This document shows, piece by piece, positions 12,450 to 24,004 of a stretch of DNA of 64,000 bases (the first letter of the stretch is position 1; the number at the start of each line of letters is the position of its first letter). The position numbers were made by a program, and so were the translations under genes. Below the pieces are notes generated by a model. That model ran no database searches and was not told where the DNA came from. It saw only the letters and a program-made list of their open reading frames with translations. Source of the DNA: Azolla caroliniana (Eukaryota > Plantae > Polypodiophyta); contig JBHGNT010000011.1 in assembly GCA_043228905.1 (NCBI GenBank), positions 496,001 through 560,000 on the forward strand, in the 5' to 3' direction.

Positions 12450-15400
12450 TGAACTCCTGGATGATATGCATCCCCAATATTTGACTCGCTGGACCCAAGT
12501 CTTTCATTGAGAAGGTCCAGTTCAGAGCCTTCTTTAGAATCCGTATCTTTGCTTGGTCCCATCCGACGATCAACATGTCGTCCACGTACAGAAGGAGTAT
12601 CAGGAAGTCACCTCCTTCAAAGTTCTTCACAAACACGCAGTGATTGGCCTGCGTTTTGTGGTATCCTTGGTCGGTCATGAAGGAGTTGAACTTTCGGTAC
12701 CATTGTCGGGGAGCCTGCTTTAGTCCATATAGGCTCTTCTTCAACTGGCAAACCAGGTGCTCCTTCCCTTTCTTCAGAAATCCTTCCGGTTGCTCCATGT
12801 AGATCTCCTCCTCGAGGTCACCGTCAAGGAATGTCATCTTCACATCCAGCTGCTCTACCTCGAGCTCCATGCTTGCCGCTACGCTCAGCACCGTCCGGAT
12901 GGAAGTCATCTTGACTACAGGGGCAAATATCTCATCGAAGTCCACACCCTTCTTCTACTGGAACCCCTTCACCACGATCCTGGCTTTGTATCTCAGGGGG
13001 TTGCTGGCATCTCCCGGTTTCAACTTGTACACCCACTTGTTTTGGAGTGCTTGCTTTCCTTTCGGCAACTCCACAAGTTCATACGTGTGGTTCTCCTACA
13101 GGGAATCCATCTCTTCCTACATGGCACTCAACCACTTGAGGCAATGTGTGTCATCCTGAGCTTCCTTGAAGCTTTCCGGCTCCCCCTCATCGGTTAGCAA
13201 CACATGCTCTGGATCCGGAAATCTCTGAGGGGCCCTCCTCTCTCTGAGAGGATATCTTCGTTCTTAGGCTTCGGTAACCGGATCATCCATTCGCTCTTCT
13301 TTTGAATCCATTTCAGGGTCGAGGCCGGTTCCGGTATCACCTTCTTCTTCATCGGCCGGTTTTGTCTCTTCACCGTCATCGGCCGAGTCCTCAAGTGCTA
13401 ACCGGTCTCTTGCCGGTTGGGACTGCTCATTGTAGAATCGATCCTTACCGGTCGACTCGGAGTTCATTATCTTCTTCTCCGATTCCCAGTCGGCGAGCGT
13501 CTTGTCCTCCATGAAGATAATATCTCGACTCTGGAGTACCTTCTTGTCGACCAAGTCCCACACTCAGTAGCCGAACTCATCGTCGCCGTAACCGAGGAAT
13601 ATGCATGGCTCTGGTCCTCGGATCTAAGTTTCCTCTCCGGTCCTTAGCTACATGCACATACGCTAGACACCCAAACACCTTCAGATGCCGGTAGGACACT
13701 TCCTTAACGGTCCAAACTCTCTGCGGCGTGACTTCATCCAAGGGTACTGAGGGTGATCTGTTTATCACATATGTCGCCGTCGACAGTGCCTCAGCCCAAA
13801 ACGTCTTGGGTAATTTTGCATGCGCCAGCATACGCCAAAACTCCATCATGGTCCGGTTCATCCTCTCGGCCAACCCATTTAGTTCCGGCGTCTTTGGCAC
13901 AGTAAATTTGAGCCGGATTCCCTTCGAGCAATAGTAATCCTCGAACTGCCCTCGGTATTCTCCTCCGTTATCTGCTCGAATTACTTTCAGTTTCCGGCTC
14001 GTTTCTCTTTCCACTCTCGCATGGAGCTCCTTGAAGACGGACAATACCTGATCCTTCGTCTTAAACAGCGGGGCCCACAGCTTCCAGTTGTGATCATCTA
14101 TGAACGTTACGAAGTACTGGGCTCCGCCATGTGACTTCGCGTCTACATGACACACATTGGTATGCACCAACTCCAGTGGTGCATTACATCTCATTGGTGG
14201 CCTTGATCAGAAGGAGGTCCGGTTTTGCTTACCGGCCAAAAAGTTGGCACACTTCTCCAAGTGCACATGCTTTACTGAGATCAGGTTTTCATCGGCAAGC
14301 CTCTTCATCCCCTTCTCGCTCATGTGACACAATCTCTTGTGCCGCAGTTCACCGGCAGTGTCGGATGCCACGTTTACTTCCTCTGGACATAACCAGGCAT
14401 TCATAAGGTACAACGTGTTGACTTTCCAGGACCGAGCCACTATCAGGCTCCCCTTGTTGAACTTCATGACACCGTTCCGGATGCTACCCGTGTAGCCTTC
14501 ATCATCTAGCCTACCGGCCGATATCAGGTTCAATCGAACCTCCGAAACGTGTCGGACATCTTTCAGCAGCATTTCGCATCCGGTCGATGTCGTCAACCAC
14601 ACATCTCCTATGTCTACAATCCAGCGTGTACCTTCATTTCCCATCCGGACACAACCATGCTCACCGGCTGTGTAGGATGAGAAGCATCTCCTGTCCGGGG
14701 TCAAGTGGAACGACGCTCCGGAATCGACAACCCAGGTCGTCTCTTCGCCGGCAAGGTTTAGCTCACTTTCTTCGGTGATGAGCATCATTTCTTCTTCACT
14801 TGCCACTATCGTCGTCGTTCCTTTTTGGTCCTGCCCTCGCCAATCCGAACCATTTCGATCCGTGGCTCCCCGGTAAGCACCATTCGCTCCGGTGACTTCT
14901 TCAAATCGGTACTGTCGGTTTCCTTGTCCTTTCGGAGATGCCGACAGTTCTTCTAGAAGTGCCCCAGCTTCCCACAGTAGAAACACGTGGGCCTCCCCCT
15001 TGACTTTGACCGAGTCCCCGACTTTTCCCGGTTCTGAGGACTCCGGTTCCTTTGTCTTCCGCGTTCCAATTCGGTAAGTAGTGCTTTTGAGTCGGGGATC
15101 GGTTCCTTGTCCCTCCGACGCACCTCCTTGTTTAGGATACTTGTCTTCACCATCTGTAAAGACAAGTTCTCTTCTTGGCAGGAAGTGCTGAGAGTAACCA
15201 CCAAGTTCTCCCAGCTCTTCTGCAAGGTACACATCAACATGATTGCCTGCAGGGCATCATCTAGGGGAAACTTGATCGCCGCAAGTTGATTTACAAACCC
15301 CATGAACGTGCTGACGTGTTCAACCATACTCTCGCCATCTCGATACTTGAGGTTCACTATTTTCCTCATCAGCGAGGTTCTGTTCAGCGCACTCTTCCTC

Positions 15401-16274
15401 TCATATAGACCCGACAGCTTCTGCCACATCTCGTGGGCATTCTTGTCATTCGCCACGTGTTGAAGGACACTTACGTCGACGCATTGTCGGATGGTGGCCA
15501 TGGCCTTTCTATTCAGAAGCTTCCATTCCGACTCCACTACCCCCTTGGGTATTTTGGCTCCGTCGATTGGTTTGTACAGGTCTGTGACTATGAGAAGGTC
15601 CTCCATTTTTATCTTCCAGTCGGCGTAGTTATGCGAGTTTAGAACCATCATGCCTGGGAAACCGCTCCCGCGTGTGTTTTCGCTCTGATACCAGTTTGAT
15701 AGTTTAACGCGTAGAAACAATGCTCGGCCACAACCGACCGAGTCTTCAGATCAATCACAGAAAACAGGAAATATGTATGCACGAAACAATGAAGAAGAGA
15801 GTACACAGGATGTTAACGTGGAAAACCCAAACTAGGGAAAAACCACGGTTGTCCACAAACTGCAAACTATCACTATGTCAAATAGTACAACAATGGAGCA
15901 CAGAGGCAACGACCTTTTGCTCTCAATCTTTGCCAACAGGCGACAATTACACACAAAGATACGCTCTATCTCTCTCTCTCTCTCACGCTCTATACACAGT
16001 TACACACTCTATTATCGCCACAACGATAATAATCATCTAGTATACAATAAGATTGCCCTAAGTCATATTTATACCAATATGACTTTTCGGCTATTTACAA
16101 ATATAGCCCCAATGGGCTCTCAGGAACATATTTACGAATATGTCCCTTCATCCGGTGAGCACTCCTCACTGGGCTTGCATCATCCGGCGCTTGCCGGCTC
16201 CTCGTCATCCGGTTCTCACTGGGTCTTCCTCGCCGGGTTCGGACATCCCATCCGGACGGACTGAAATCCCAACA
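12450..16274 (-). mobile_element. Ty1/Copia element, 3'-truncated, frameshifted gag-pol
   Basis: 5' LTR 15697-16274 and PBS TGGTATCAGAGC (iMet) at 15682-15693. Gag with CCHC 'CFYCGKLGH', protease 'WVVDSGAS', integrase 'RADNGGEY/PELNGLAERMN', RT 'QLDVK..FL', 'LYGLKQAPRQW', 'LYVDDML'. Confidence 0.9.
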
Positions 16275-16330
16275 TATTGCATATTCATTTTGTTTACACA
16301 TTTTGGGTGTATACGCCCATTATGGGGGAG

Positions 16331-16631
16331 TGTTGAATACGGGCTTCTAATGGACGTATTCACATTGTCTTCCTTTTGTACACACTAGGACATTTATGTA
16401 AATAGTGAGAAGGGTAGTTGCCCTAAGTTAGTCAATATATAAACTGACTTTGTAACCTAGTTGGAGGGGTTGTTGCTTTGTAGTCTAACAAATAATAAAA
16501 ATATGTTTTGTGCCTATGTCTCTCTCTCTCTCTTACGGTTCTATGTTACACTCTATCTGCCACTAATTATTCTTCCTTCCCGCACTCTATCTTACGATTT
16601 CCAAAAGAGATACTGATTTGCTTCCGCATCA
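16331..16631 (+). repeat. Orphan 3' LTR with upstream PPT
   Basis: PPT atgggggag directly before tgttgaatac. Ends gcttccgcatca, after which Phygy integrase sequence resumes. Confidence 0.65.
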
Positions 16632-17880
16632 GAAGGCTGTCGATCCCAACAACGATGACGCCGGATATCGTGTGGACGAGAGATGAAGCTAACTGGATCT
16701 GGAGGAAAGCTTACCGATTCTTCCTGTGGAACGGGAGCATTTGGAGGCACCCAAAGAAGCGAGGCAACGTCCCACTACATGTAGTAGCGAGGAAAGAGGA
16801 GCAGGAGGCGCTGCTTGCAGCATACCACGAGAGTCCTTGGGCCGGGCACCACGGGACTTGGGCCACCTTCAAGTAGCTGAAGAAGAAGTATTGGTGGTCG
16901 GGGTTGTACTAGGATGTGCACCTATTCGTGACAACATGCGAAAGTTGCCAGATGCACTCCACAATCAGGCATCAGGATGAGCTACACCCGACCTACCCAC
17001 CAACCATCCATTTCAAGTGGATGGTGGACTTCGTAACGATGCCCATGGGAATAGGGCGGACACAGTACCAGGTGGAGGGACGCACACTTTAGAACAAGAC
17101 GACTGCAACAGTTTGCCGGTTCCTGATTGAAGAAGTAGTATGTTGGTATGAGTGTGTAGGGAAGATCGTGGCGGACCGAGGAGAGCTGGACGCGCAAGAA
17201 GTTGAGGAGTTGTTCGATCGGTTAGGGCTCAAGCGATCTCTCACTACAACGTACAATTCGGAGGCCAACGGGAAAGTAGAGCGCGTGCACGGACCAGTCA
17301 TGAAGGCACTAGTATGAGCGTACGAAGGACAGGTCGGGAATTGGCCACGGCTCCTCCCTTATGCATTGTGGGCGGACCGGACTACGCACAGTTCGGTAAC
17401 CGGGTTCATGCCAGTAGAGCTAATGTACGGGCAAAAGCCGATCATGCCGATGGAGCGAATGATCTCCTCATGGGTGGTGATAGATTGGAAGGGCGAGATG
17501 AGCCGGGACGAGTTGTTGGTAGCGCGGATTCGACAGCTCGAGCGAAGGCTGGAGGATGTGGAACGGGCAAAGGCAAAGTTGCATGCGGCAAGGGAAAGGA
17601 ACAAAGACCGGTTCAATTGAACACATCGATTGCGGCCAAAGAAGATCGAAGAAGGCGACTAGGTGTTGGTCTTCGACCCCAGCCTCGATAATCAACACAA
17701 GGCAGCACTTAAATTTGTGAAGAGATGGTTCGGGCCCTACACTGTGACGAGCGTGAACGACAACATCACATATCATCTTGCGGAGCTCGATGGGACGCAA
17801 ATAGCAGCATTGGTGGCCGGCAAGCGAATAAAGGTGTTCAAGAAACAATATGCCGACAGACCAGACCGTGAATAATGGTG
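16632..17880 (+). pseudogene. Phygy-type integrase remnant
   Basis: 'YHESPWAGHHGTWATF', 'KIVADRGELDA', 'YALWADRTTHSSVTG', 'RWFGPYTV', homologous to 37754-39000. Confidence 0.85.
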
Positions 17881-18568
17881 ACGGTTGGACCAGCAAGGAC
17901 TGTGACTCAGGGAATGAAGAATGATCATGGGCTGGTCTTCTCCAGCACATTGACAATCTGGCACATACCGGTGGACGTGCGGTTTGGTGGGGGTGGATGT
18001 CGTGGAGAAAATCGTCCCTACGAGGAATTGGGGAATTAAGGGCGTGAACCGGCCCTTCCATGCGTATGTGGGTTTATGGATTTGTACATAACTAGGATGT
18101 AGTCGGCCGTTGTAAATATACTAGGTAGTGAGCATTAGTTATCTAGGAAATCGAGGTGTATCTCTGTTTAGAGTGACAAAGAATAAAGGTTATGTAATGG
18201 TCTCCCTGGTGACCTATAAAAGGGAGGGGAGAGGACTAAAGAGAGGTAACACGTTTTGATGGACGAAGTGCTATCGGACTGGGAACCGAGCTCTCTCTCC
18301 TCTGTCTACCCACCTACCTCCTTCATAGTCTCTACAGGGTTTCTAGGCCTGTTGTTGGCTAGCCAGCTGTAGCCGAGAAAATTTTGTAATTCAAACTGTC
18401 GTTGTAATTGAGACTCCTTGTGTCTTCTTGCCTGCGTTTTCCCCACTGTGTGGGCGTGAATTTGACTAATCTGTGTATGCCTAAACGATTCGATTGTCCG
18501 GTGAGGACTGCCTGCAGCCAACTCTCTCTCTCTTTCTCTCTACCATCCCGATATCTACCATATTCTTC

Positions 18569-18992
18569 GCAGAACGGGGAAATCATACACATCGATACAT
18601 GTTAGAGCCCATCCCGATAACTGGCATTCGAACCATTGCTTCCATGCGACTTAGCTCGCATGCATTGAGATGTGAGACGGGACGTTGGGGCACAACTGAT
18701 GAGAGTGGCCGACTATGCACAGTTTGCCCTAAACAAGTTCAAGAGTCTGAGTATCATAGTTTGATACAATGCTCCGCCTTTGATCATATTCGACCATGCT
18801 TTCCACATCTCTTCGACCGAGCCCAATCCTTGCACGAATTTCTCTCACAACCACGATGCGCACTCTCGATTGCAACATTCATTGGCAAAGTTCTTGAGCA
18901 TCGAGAGTCACTACTCACCTTCACATATATCACGTGAAATGTAATATTTTTGGTCTCATAGGTCATATTTGACCTCTGAAGATGATAATATA

Positions 18993-19024
<32 letters not shown>
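18569..19024 (+). mobile_element. 5'-truncated LINE (RTEX/L2-like ORF2 C-terminus) with a (CTAT)n tail, inserted in the 3' LTR
   Basis: 'MRLSSHALRCETGRW...RLCTVC...ESEYHSLIQC' zinc-finger end. (CTAT)n at ~18992-19024. Possible short TSD tcttc. Confidence 0.75.
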
Positions 19025-19097
19025 CTTCCTACACTCCTTGGTTCAGGATCCCCGTGATCCCGCCTTATTCCTTATGTGCAAGCGTAGCAACACGACA

Positions 19098-19678
19098 ACG
19101 TGTTGCAGAGACGATGTGGCAAGGTAATCTACATGAGCTTCAAGTTGGTATGCTGGTAGCAACATTGGCAGGGGGTGATAGTTTGGGCCATCCTCTCTGG
19201 ATTGCCAAAATCATTGAAATTATTAGGGATGATGTTCAAGGAAATCAAGTAAAATCTATTGTTGTTCATTGGTATTATACCTCTCCCAAAGATGCATTTA
19301 CTGGCAAGTACTCCTTAGAGATGGTTAAGGATGTCGAAGGCTAAAGCAGAAAGCGGAGAATAAAGAATCTGCCAAGCACGTCTACTCTTGCACTTGATAA
19401 TGTTGACATCCTTGTGTATGACTTCGCCTAAACCAAAACTGGCCATCTAAGAAAAACTACAATTAACTTAATAAAAGAGAAGATTCCATATGTGCCTAAT
19501 GACGCAGATTCGTATATCAAGGAGTATGTCTCATAATCACAGTGACGTTGGATTGCAATTGGATGAAGACAATGCATTGGTTGCAAGTGACGATGAGGAT
19601 GACACCTCCCAAAGCTCTTCTAGTTCGTCAGCTAGATCATATGAGGAACCCGTTTCTCTAAGAAATAATGGTTCTTAA
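19098..19678 (+). pseudogene. Sola-like transposase copy 1, C-terminal part (BAH-like segment plus acidic/Ser tail)
   Basis: In frame with 4335 once the LTR element is removed. The homologous tail is repeated in copy 2 at 20650-20920. Confidence 0.65.
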
Positions 19679-19717
19679 AATGCGACATATTACCTGTAAC
19701 AGTTCTAAATGACCCGA

Positions 19718-20069
19718 TGTTCAGAGAGACAGAGAGAGAAAAACATAAAACATATTAAAAAATATCAACACACTATAATCACTTTGTACATACAATATGC
19801 TCAACAACATTATTTATACAAGTCCCTTGAAGGACTAACAGAAGTACCAGGTACTTGAATATTCCTACGTGTGACTGACACTAACTACGAGACAATGATT
19901 ACCTAGTAGTCTAGGCTACTACTAGGCTTCTGTTTAGTGCTTGAATCTAGCTCACCGGCTCACCGATCCGTCTCGCCAATCCAGCTCTGCTTTCCAAATA
20001 TCATCCGGATGTTGATCCGGCTCTCGCTTATTTAGCCAATCCGGATCCGGTTGAGCTTGCCACTCAACA
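19718..20069 (-). repeat. Truncated Copia LTR related to the 47157 LTR
   Basis: Minus-strand start tgttgagtggcaagctcaacc resembles tgttgagcggcaagctcaact at 47157. Shared internal agcctagta...gactactaggtaa motif. Confidence 0.7.
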
Positions 20070-20920
20070 CTCCCCAAAGGCATCAATGATGAGTGCCTTG
20101 TTCAAATGCACTTGGTGGGATGTCTGGCTTATAATAGGTCAATTGGACCTCACATCTTCATTACATACCCCAATGTTCACAAAGACCCTAACCTAACAGT
20201 TACATTGATTCACCGAGTTTTGATGTTTTGGGGCTAGCCATTCCCCCTTGTTCTATACATTCAATTGGAAAATACTGCTAGAGAGAACAAAAATTCAACT
20301 ATGTTTGGCTATCTCAGTATGTTGGTCAACCAAGGATTGTTTAGAAAAGTGAAAGTCAATTTTCTTTTGGTCGGCCACACACATGATCATATAGATAAGA
20401 TGTTTAGCACATTCTCTAGACAGTTGTGTTGGCATGATGCTTTCACATTACCTAAACTATTTGATGTCATTTGTGATTCATGCACACCACACCCAAAAGT
20501 GTTACACTTGAAGGAGGTATATATGACTTTAAGAGATATATATCAGATGGGGGTGTTGGGAATGTTAAAGTGCTCCCCCAATTAAACAATATAAGCTTTA
20601 ATCACATTTTTATGATAAAGAAAAATGAAATAAGAGGAAGCAAAACATTCACCTCGACCCTTGATATCTCTGATGTGGATATCATCTTGTATGATTTCAC
20701 TCTTACAAACGCTAGAGATTTAAGGAAGTCAACAATAGATATAACAAAAAAAAATTACTCGATCTACAAGATGGCTCAAGTCGAAGGCACACGAGATATG
20801 TTGCATATAAACTAGACTCACACCATTTGGTTTATGATGAACATAATGCATTGATTGGTACATATGAGGATGACAAGGAGGAATCCTCATTGTATATTAG
20901 TTATAGTAGTGATTCTCCGT
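20070..20920 (+). pseudogene. Sola-like transposase copy 2 (catalytic core, internal deletion; C-tail resumes at 26760)
   Basis: 'LPKGINDECLVQMHLVG', 'LYIQLENTARENKN', 'FLLVGHTHDHIDKMFS', 'LNNISFNHIF', all matching copy 1. Confidence 0.8.
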
Positions 20921-22793
20921 TATCGTGGAGATTCTCGGGAATAGTGAGAAACCGGGGAACATTGGATGTATCGGTGGGGTGCAACATGTGCACCAACCCT
21001 TGTAAATCATGTGAAGATATTGGTCTGCCTTTATGGTGCTTAATAGGAGATAAGTGGGGCCAAAGAATCCCATGTAAAGCGGGATTTATCCCACATTGTT
21101 ACGCGTCCCTCTCCTTGTTCTATAAAAGGAAGGGAGCGTCCCTTGAAAAAGGGTTCCCACTCGTTAGGTCCCAACTATTTTGTTCCCATTTCTTGTATTT
21201 GGGTTTCGTTTTGCTCCTTGTTAATATATCTAGCCTACTTTTCTTTTTCTTCGTTACTGTGTTTTGTTCCTGTTTCCTACAGGGTTTGTCTGTGTGCATG
21301 AGTAGGTGTGTGCATTCGGTTGTGGCAAACAGTGTGCAAACAGTCTTCACTCTTTATGTCTTTCTATCCGTTTGTTTCCCCACCTCGCGTCTGTGTGTGT
21401 GTGTCTGTCCTGGCTGTGCCGCGGTGTGGTCGTTCGTGACCAGCCCGTGCGCTAGACGGTTCGGTGTTAGCTTTCCCTCCCTTGCGTGCAAGACCCCACT
21501 CGCGTCGGCGAGCCCGTGCACTCCCGACTAACGGCTTGTTGATAGGAGGTCATTGTTCGAGAAGATGCGTGCCCTGTACAAGGTGCTCATAGCACTGATG
21601 AGCCTAGGTGCTCCCCAATCAGTCCTGGGATGCATGCGCCCTCTCTCTTTCTGTGTGGAGCCGGTGTCGCAACGGATGCCGTGAAAATATATGTGTGTGT
21701 GTGTGTTTCTGATTAGCGTAGGGTTCAAGAGTGGGTGTGTGCGTGGTAACCGGTGTAGAGGTGTCGGTCATAACCGGTGTATATATGTGTGTATGCGTAT
21801 GCGCGGGCATGGTTAATCGAGCCGTGACCGGTGCCTCTTTTGAGGCCTTTGTACATACGGGCAATAGGGCCGCGCAGATACGCGCACGTGCTCTCTTCCT
21901 TCAAGAGTCCGGGTCGCTTCCAGAACACATCCAGAACCGTCTGAATTTGTCTTCCCTGAACACCATCCAGAACCAATCCGCCTGGCAACGTGGCAAACTA
22001 CGGAGGATTCGGGTTTCTGGAAAGTCCTCCCTTCCTGGTCCATGACCCTGGTGGTCCCACCCAGATCTAACATGCAAGCACAGGATACCTCGACATCTTT
22101 GGTGAACCCGACATGAAGGACGACAAGGGAGGATGGAGTTGGAAGGCGAAGACTTTGAGAAGAAGAGGTGAGAGGCGGCGCATCGAGATGGGCGAGTTTG
22201 AAGGAGTAAACCATTCCAACGGGGACAAGGTCCCATAGGTTCCGTCAAAGGCTTGATCGTCCGACATAAAGAGGAGGAGCTCCGAGGACCTCACAAAGAG
22301 TGATCAGCCATTAAAGAAAAATGGAGGTGGCGTGCGATGGCATGGCATCATAGCAGGGAGGGGCCGCTGGACAAGAAGAGCGTGGTTGAGCCAGAGGCTA
22401 ATCGAGGTACGATGGTACTAGTCATGGAAGAGGGTGCGCGATGAGCCGCCCTCTTTTACACACAGAGAAAGACCGACCGGGCAAAGGCCGAGAACCGAGA
22501 AGGAGAAGATCGAAGGAGCAAAACGAGTCCGGTGGGTTTGGCAACGAAGCCGAAGCCTCGAACACCAGAGAAGCAAGCCCAAGCGGGGCTTGCTCGATCT
22601 TAGAGCGGACGCTTTCCACCGACAGCATGAACAAGTCAGTGGCCTTGGTCAAGTCACTAGGAGTCGTTTAGAAATTGGTAACCCCACATCTTTTAAGGTG
22701 ACTTCAGCAGTTCGGCCAACGTGGCTGCATGAAACTGTAAGAGAAGGGAGATGGCGATGTGAGACCTCGGTAGTTCGGCCGTCGTGGCAACGT

Positions 22794-24004
22794 CGTCATG
22801 AAAATCCGCGAGTACATGTGGGATCTGAGGCGGGACCACGAGGGTCTTGGAGTAGGAAGTAGGGGGAAATGGAAGCTTAGCTCAAGAGGAGAGGAGAAGG
22901 AATAAGACATTAAGATTGAACAAGAAATAGATGGATGCAAGATGCACAAACAAGTTATATTAAGAATCCGCAAATAATTACAACCATGGCCGCATAGGCC
23001 GAACCAAAACGACTACAAGAAAACCCTAACCTCATAAGTAAAGAAGATGAATCAAAACCCTAGAAGAAGACCCTAAAACCCAAATAGTGTTGGGAACACG
23101 ACGTTCCTTATGTCCGACGCTCGGCCACAACCGAGATTCTTTTCATACACAGAAAAACAGGTAATGAAACGCGACACAAAAGAAAAAAGAAGAGGAGAAA
23201 TGGTACACAGGAGGTATACGTGGAAAACCCCAAAATAGGGGAAAAACCACGGCAGCCCACAAGCTGCAAACTGTCACTATGCAGAAGTATACAACAGTGA
23301 GATCACTAAGGCAACGACCTCGTGCTCTCAGATCTTCGCCACAGGCGGCGGTTACAGCAGAGGCAACGACCTCGTCTCTCTCTCTCTGTCTCTCTGTACA
23401 GTTACACGCTCTGATTTCTTCTTGCACCAACAAGAAAGAATGACTACTCTCACTATCTAAAAGTTTGCCCTAAGTCATACTTATACTAGTATGACTTTTC
23501 GGCTATTTACAAATGTAGCCTTGATGGGCTCCATCCGGCTCTCCGCAGTCGGGTACTCCTCATCCGGTTCTCCGCAGTCGGGTACTCCCCGTCCGGCTCT
23601 TCGCAGTCGGGCCTACACCATCCGACTCTCCACAGTCGGCCCTACACCATCCGACTCTCCGCAGTCGGGCCTACACCATCCGGTTCATACTGTTTCGGCC
23701 TCGGCCTATCGGCCTCGGCCGAGTTTGCTCGTCGGCACTGTTCTTCTCCCTTCCCATCCGGAGGGACCTGTCTTCCAACAAATAGAACCCTCAACCTAAG
23801 TGGTATACCTCTCTCACTCAAAATTGGGAACCCCTTCACAAGTGATCCCTCCCTTCTTTTTATAGCCCAAGGAGGGAGGGACATTACAATGTGGCATAAA
23901 CACCCCCCTCTTTATTCTATACACTAGTTTCTATCATACATGTGCACTCCCCAACTTGCCCATTCCATCCTGGTTTCACACCGTAGCTGGAAATCTTCAT
24001 GACA
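22794..24004 (-). repeat. Solo LTR of the 4539 family
   Basis: Ends match the reverse complement of 4539-5221. 4-bp TSD acgt (22790-22793 / 24005-24008). Confidence 0.8.
23088..23780 (-). repeat. Copia solo LTR nested inside the previous solo LTR
   Basis: tgttggg...ttccaaca with 5-bp TSD aatag. Shares blocks with the 15697-16274 LTR. ~28-bp tandem unit catccggctctccgcagtcggg at ~23530-23690. Confidence 0.85.

Larger units (their letters stand above)
4336..19097 (+). mobile_element. Outer Gypsy element (Phygy-like), heavily nested and internally deleted
   Basis: 5' LTR start 4336-4538 matches 3' LTR start 17998-18200. Integrase remnant 16632-17880, PPT ggtgggggtgga at 17986-17997, 3' LTR ends cacgaca at 19097. 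Removing it restores the transposase frame (..PRLS|RVAE..). Flanks acaa/acgt are an imperfect TSD. Confidence 0.75.

Noticed and set aside
20070-20075. PPT (ggggag on the minus strand) next to the LTR ending at 20069
   Set aside because: ctcccc encodes 'LP' of the transposase motif LPKxIxDECL, which matches copy 1.
23530-23690. CRISPR-like array of ~28-bp units
   Set aside because: Head-to-tail tandem repeats without unique spacers, inside a Copia LTR in eukaryotic DNA.
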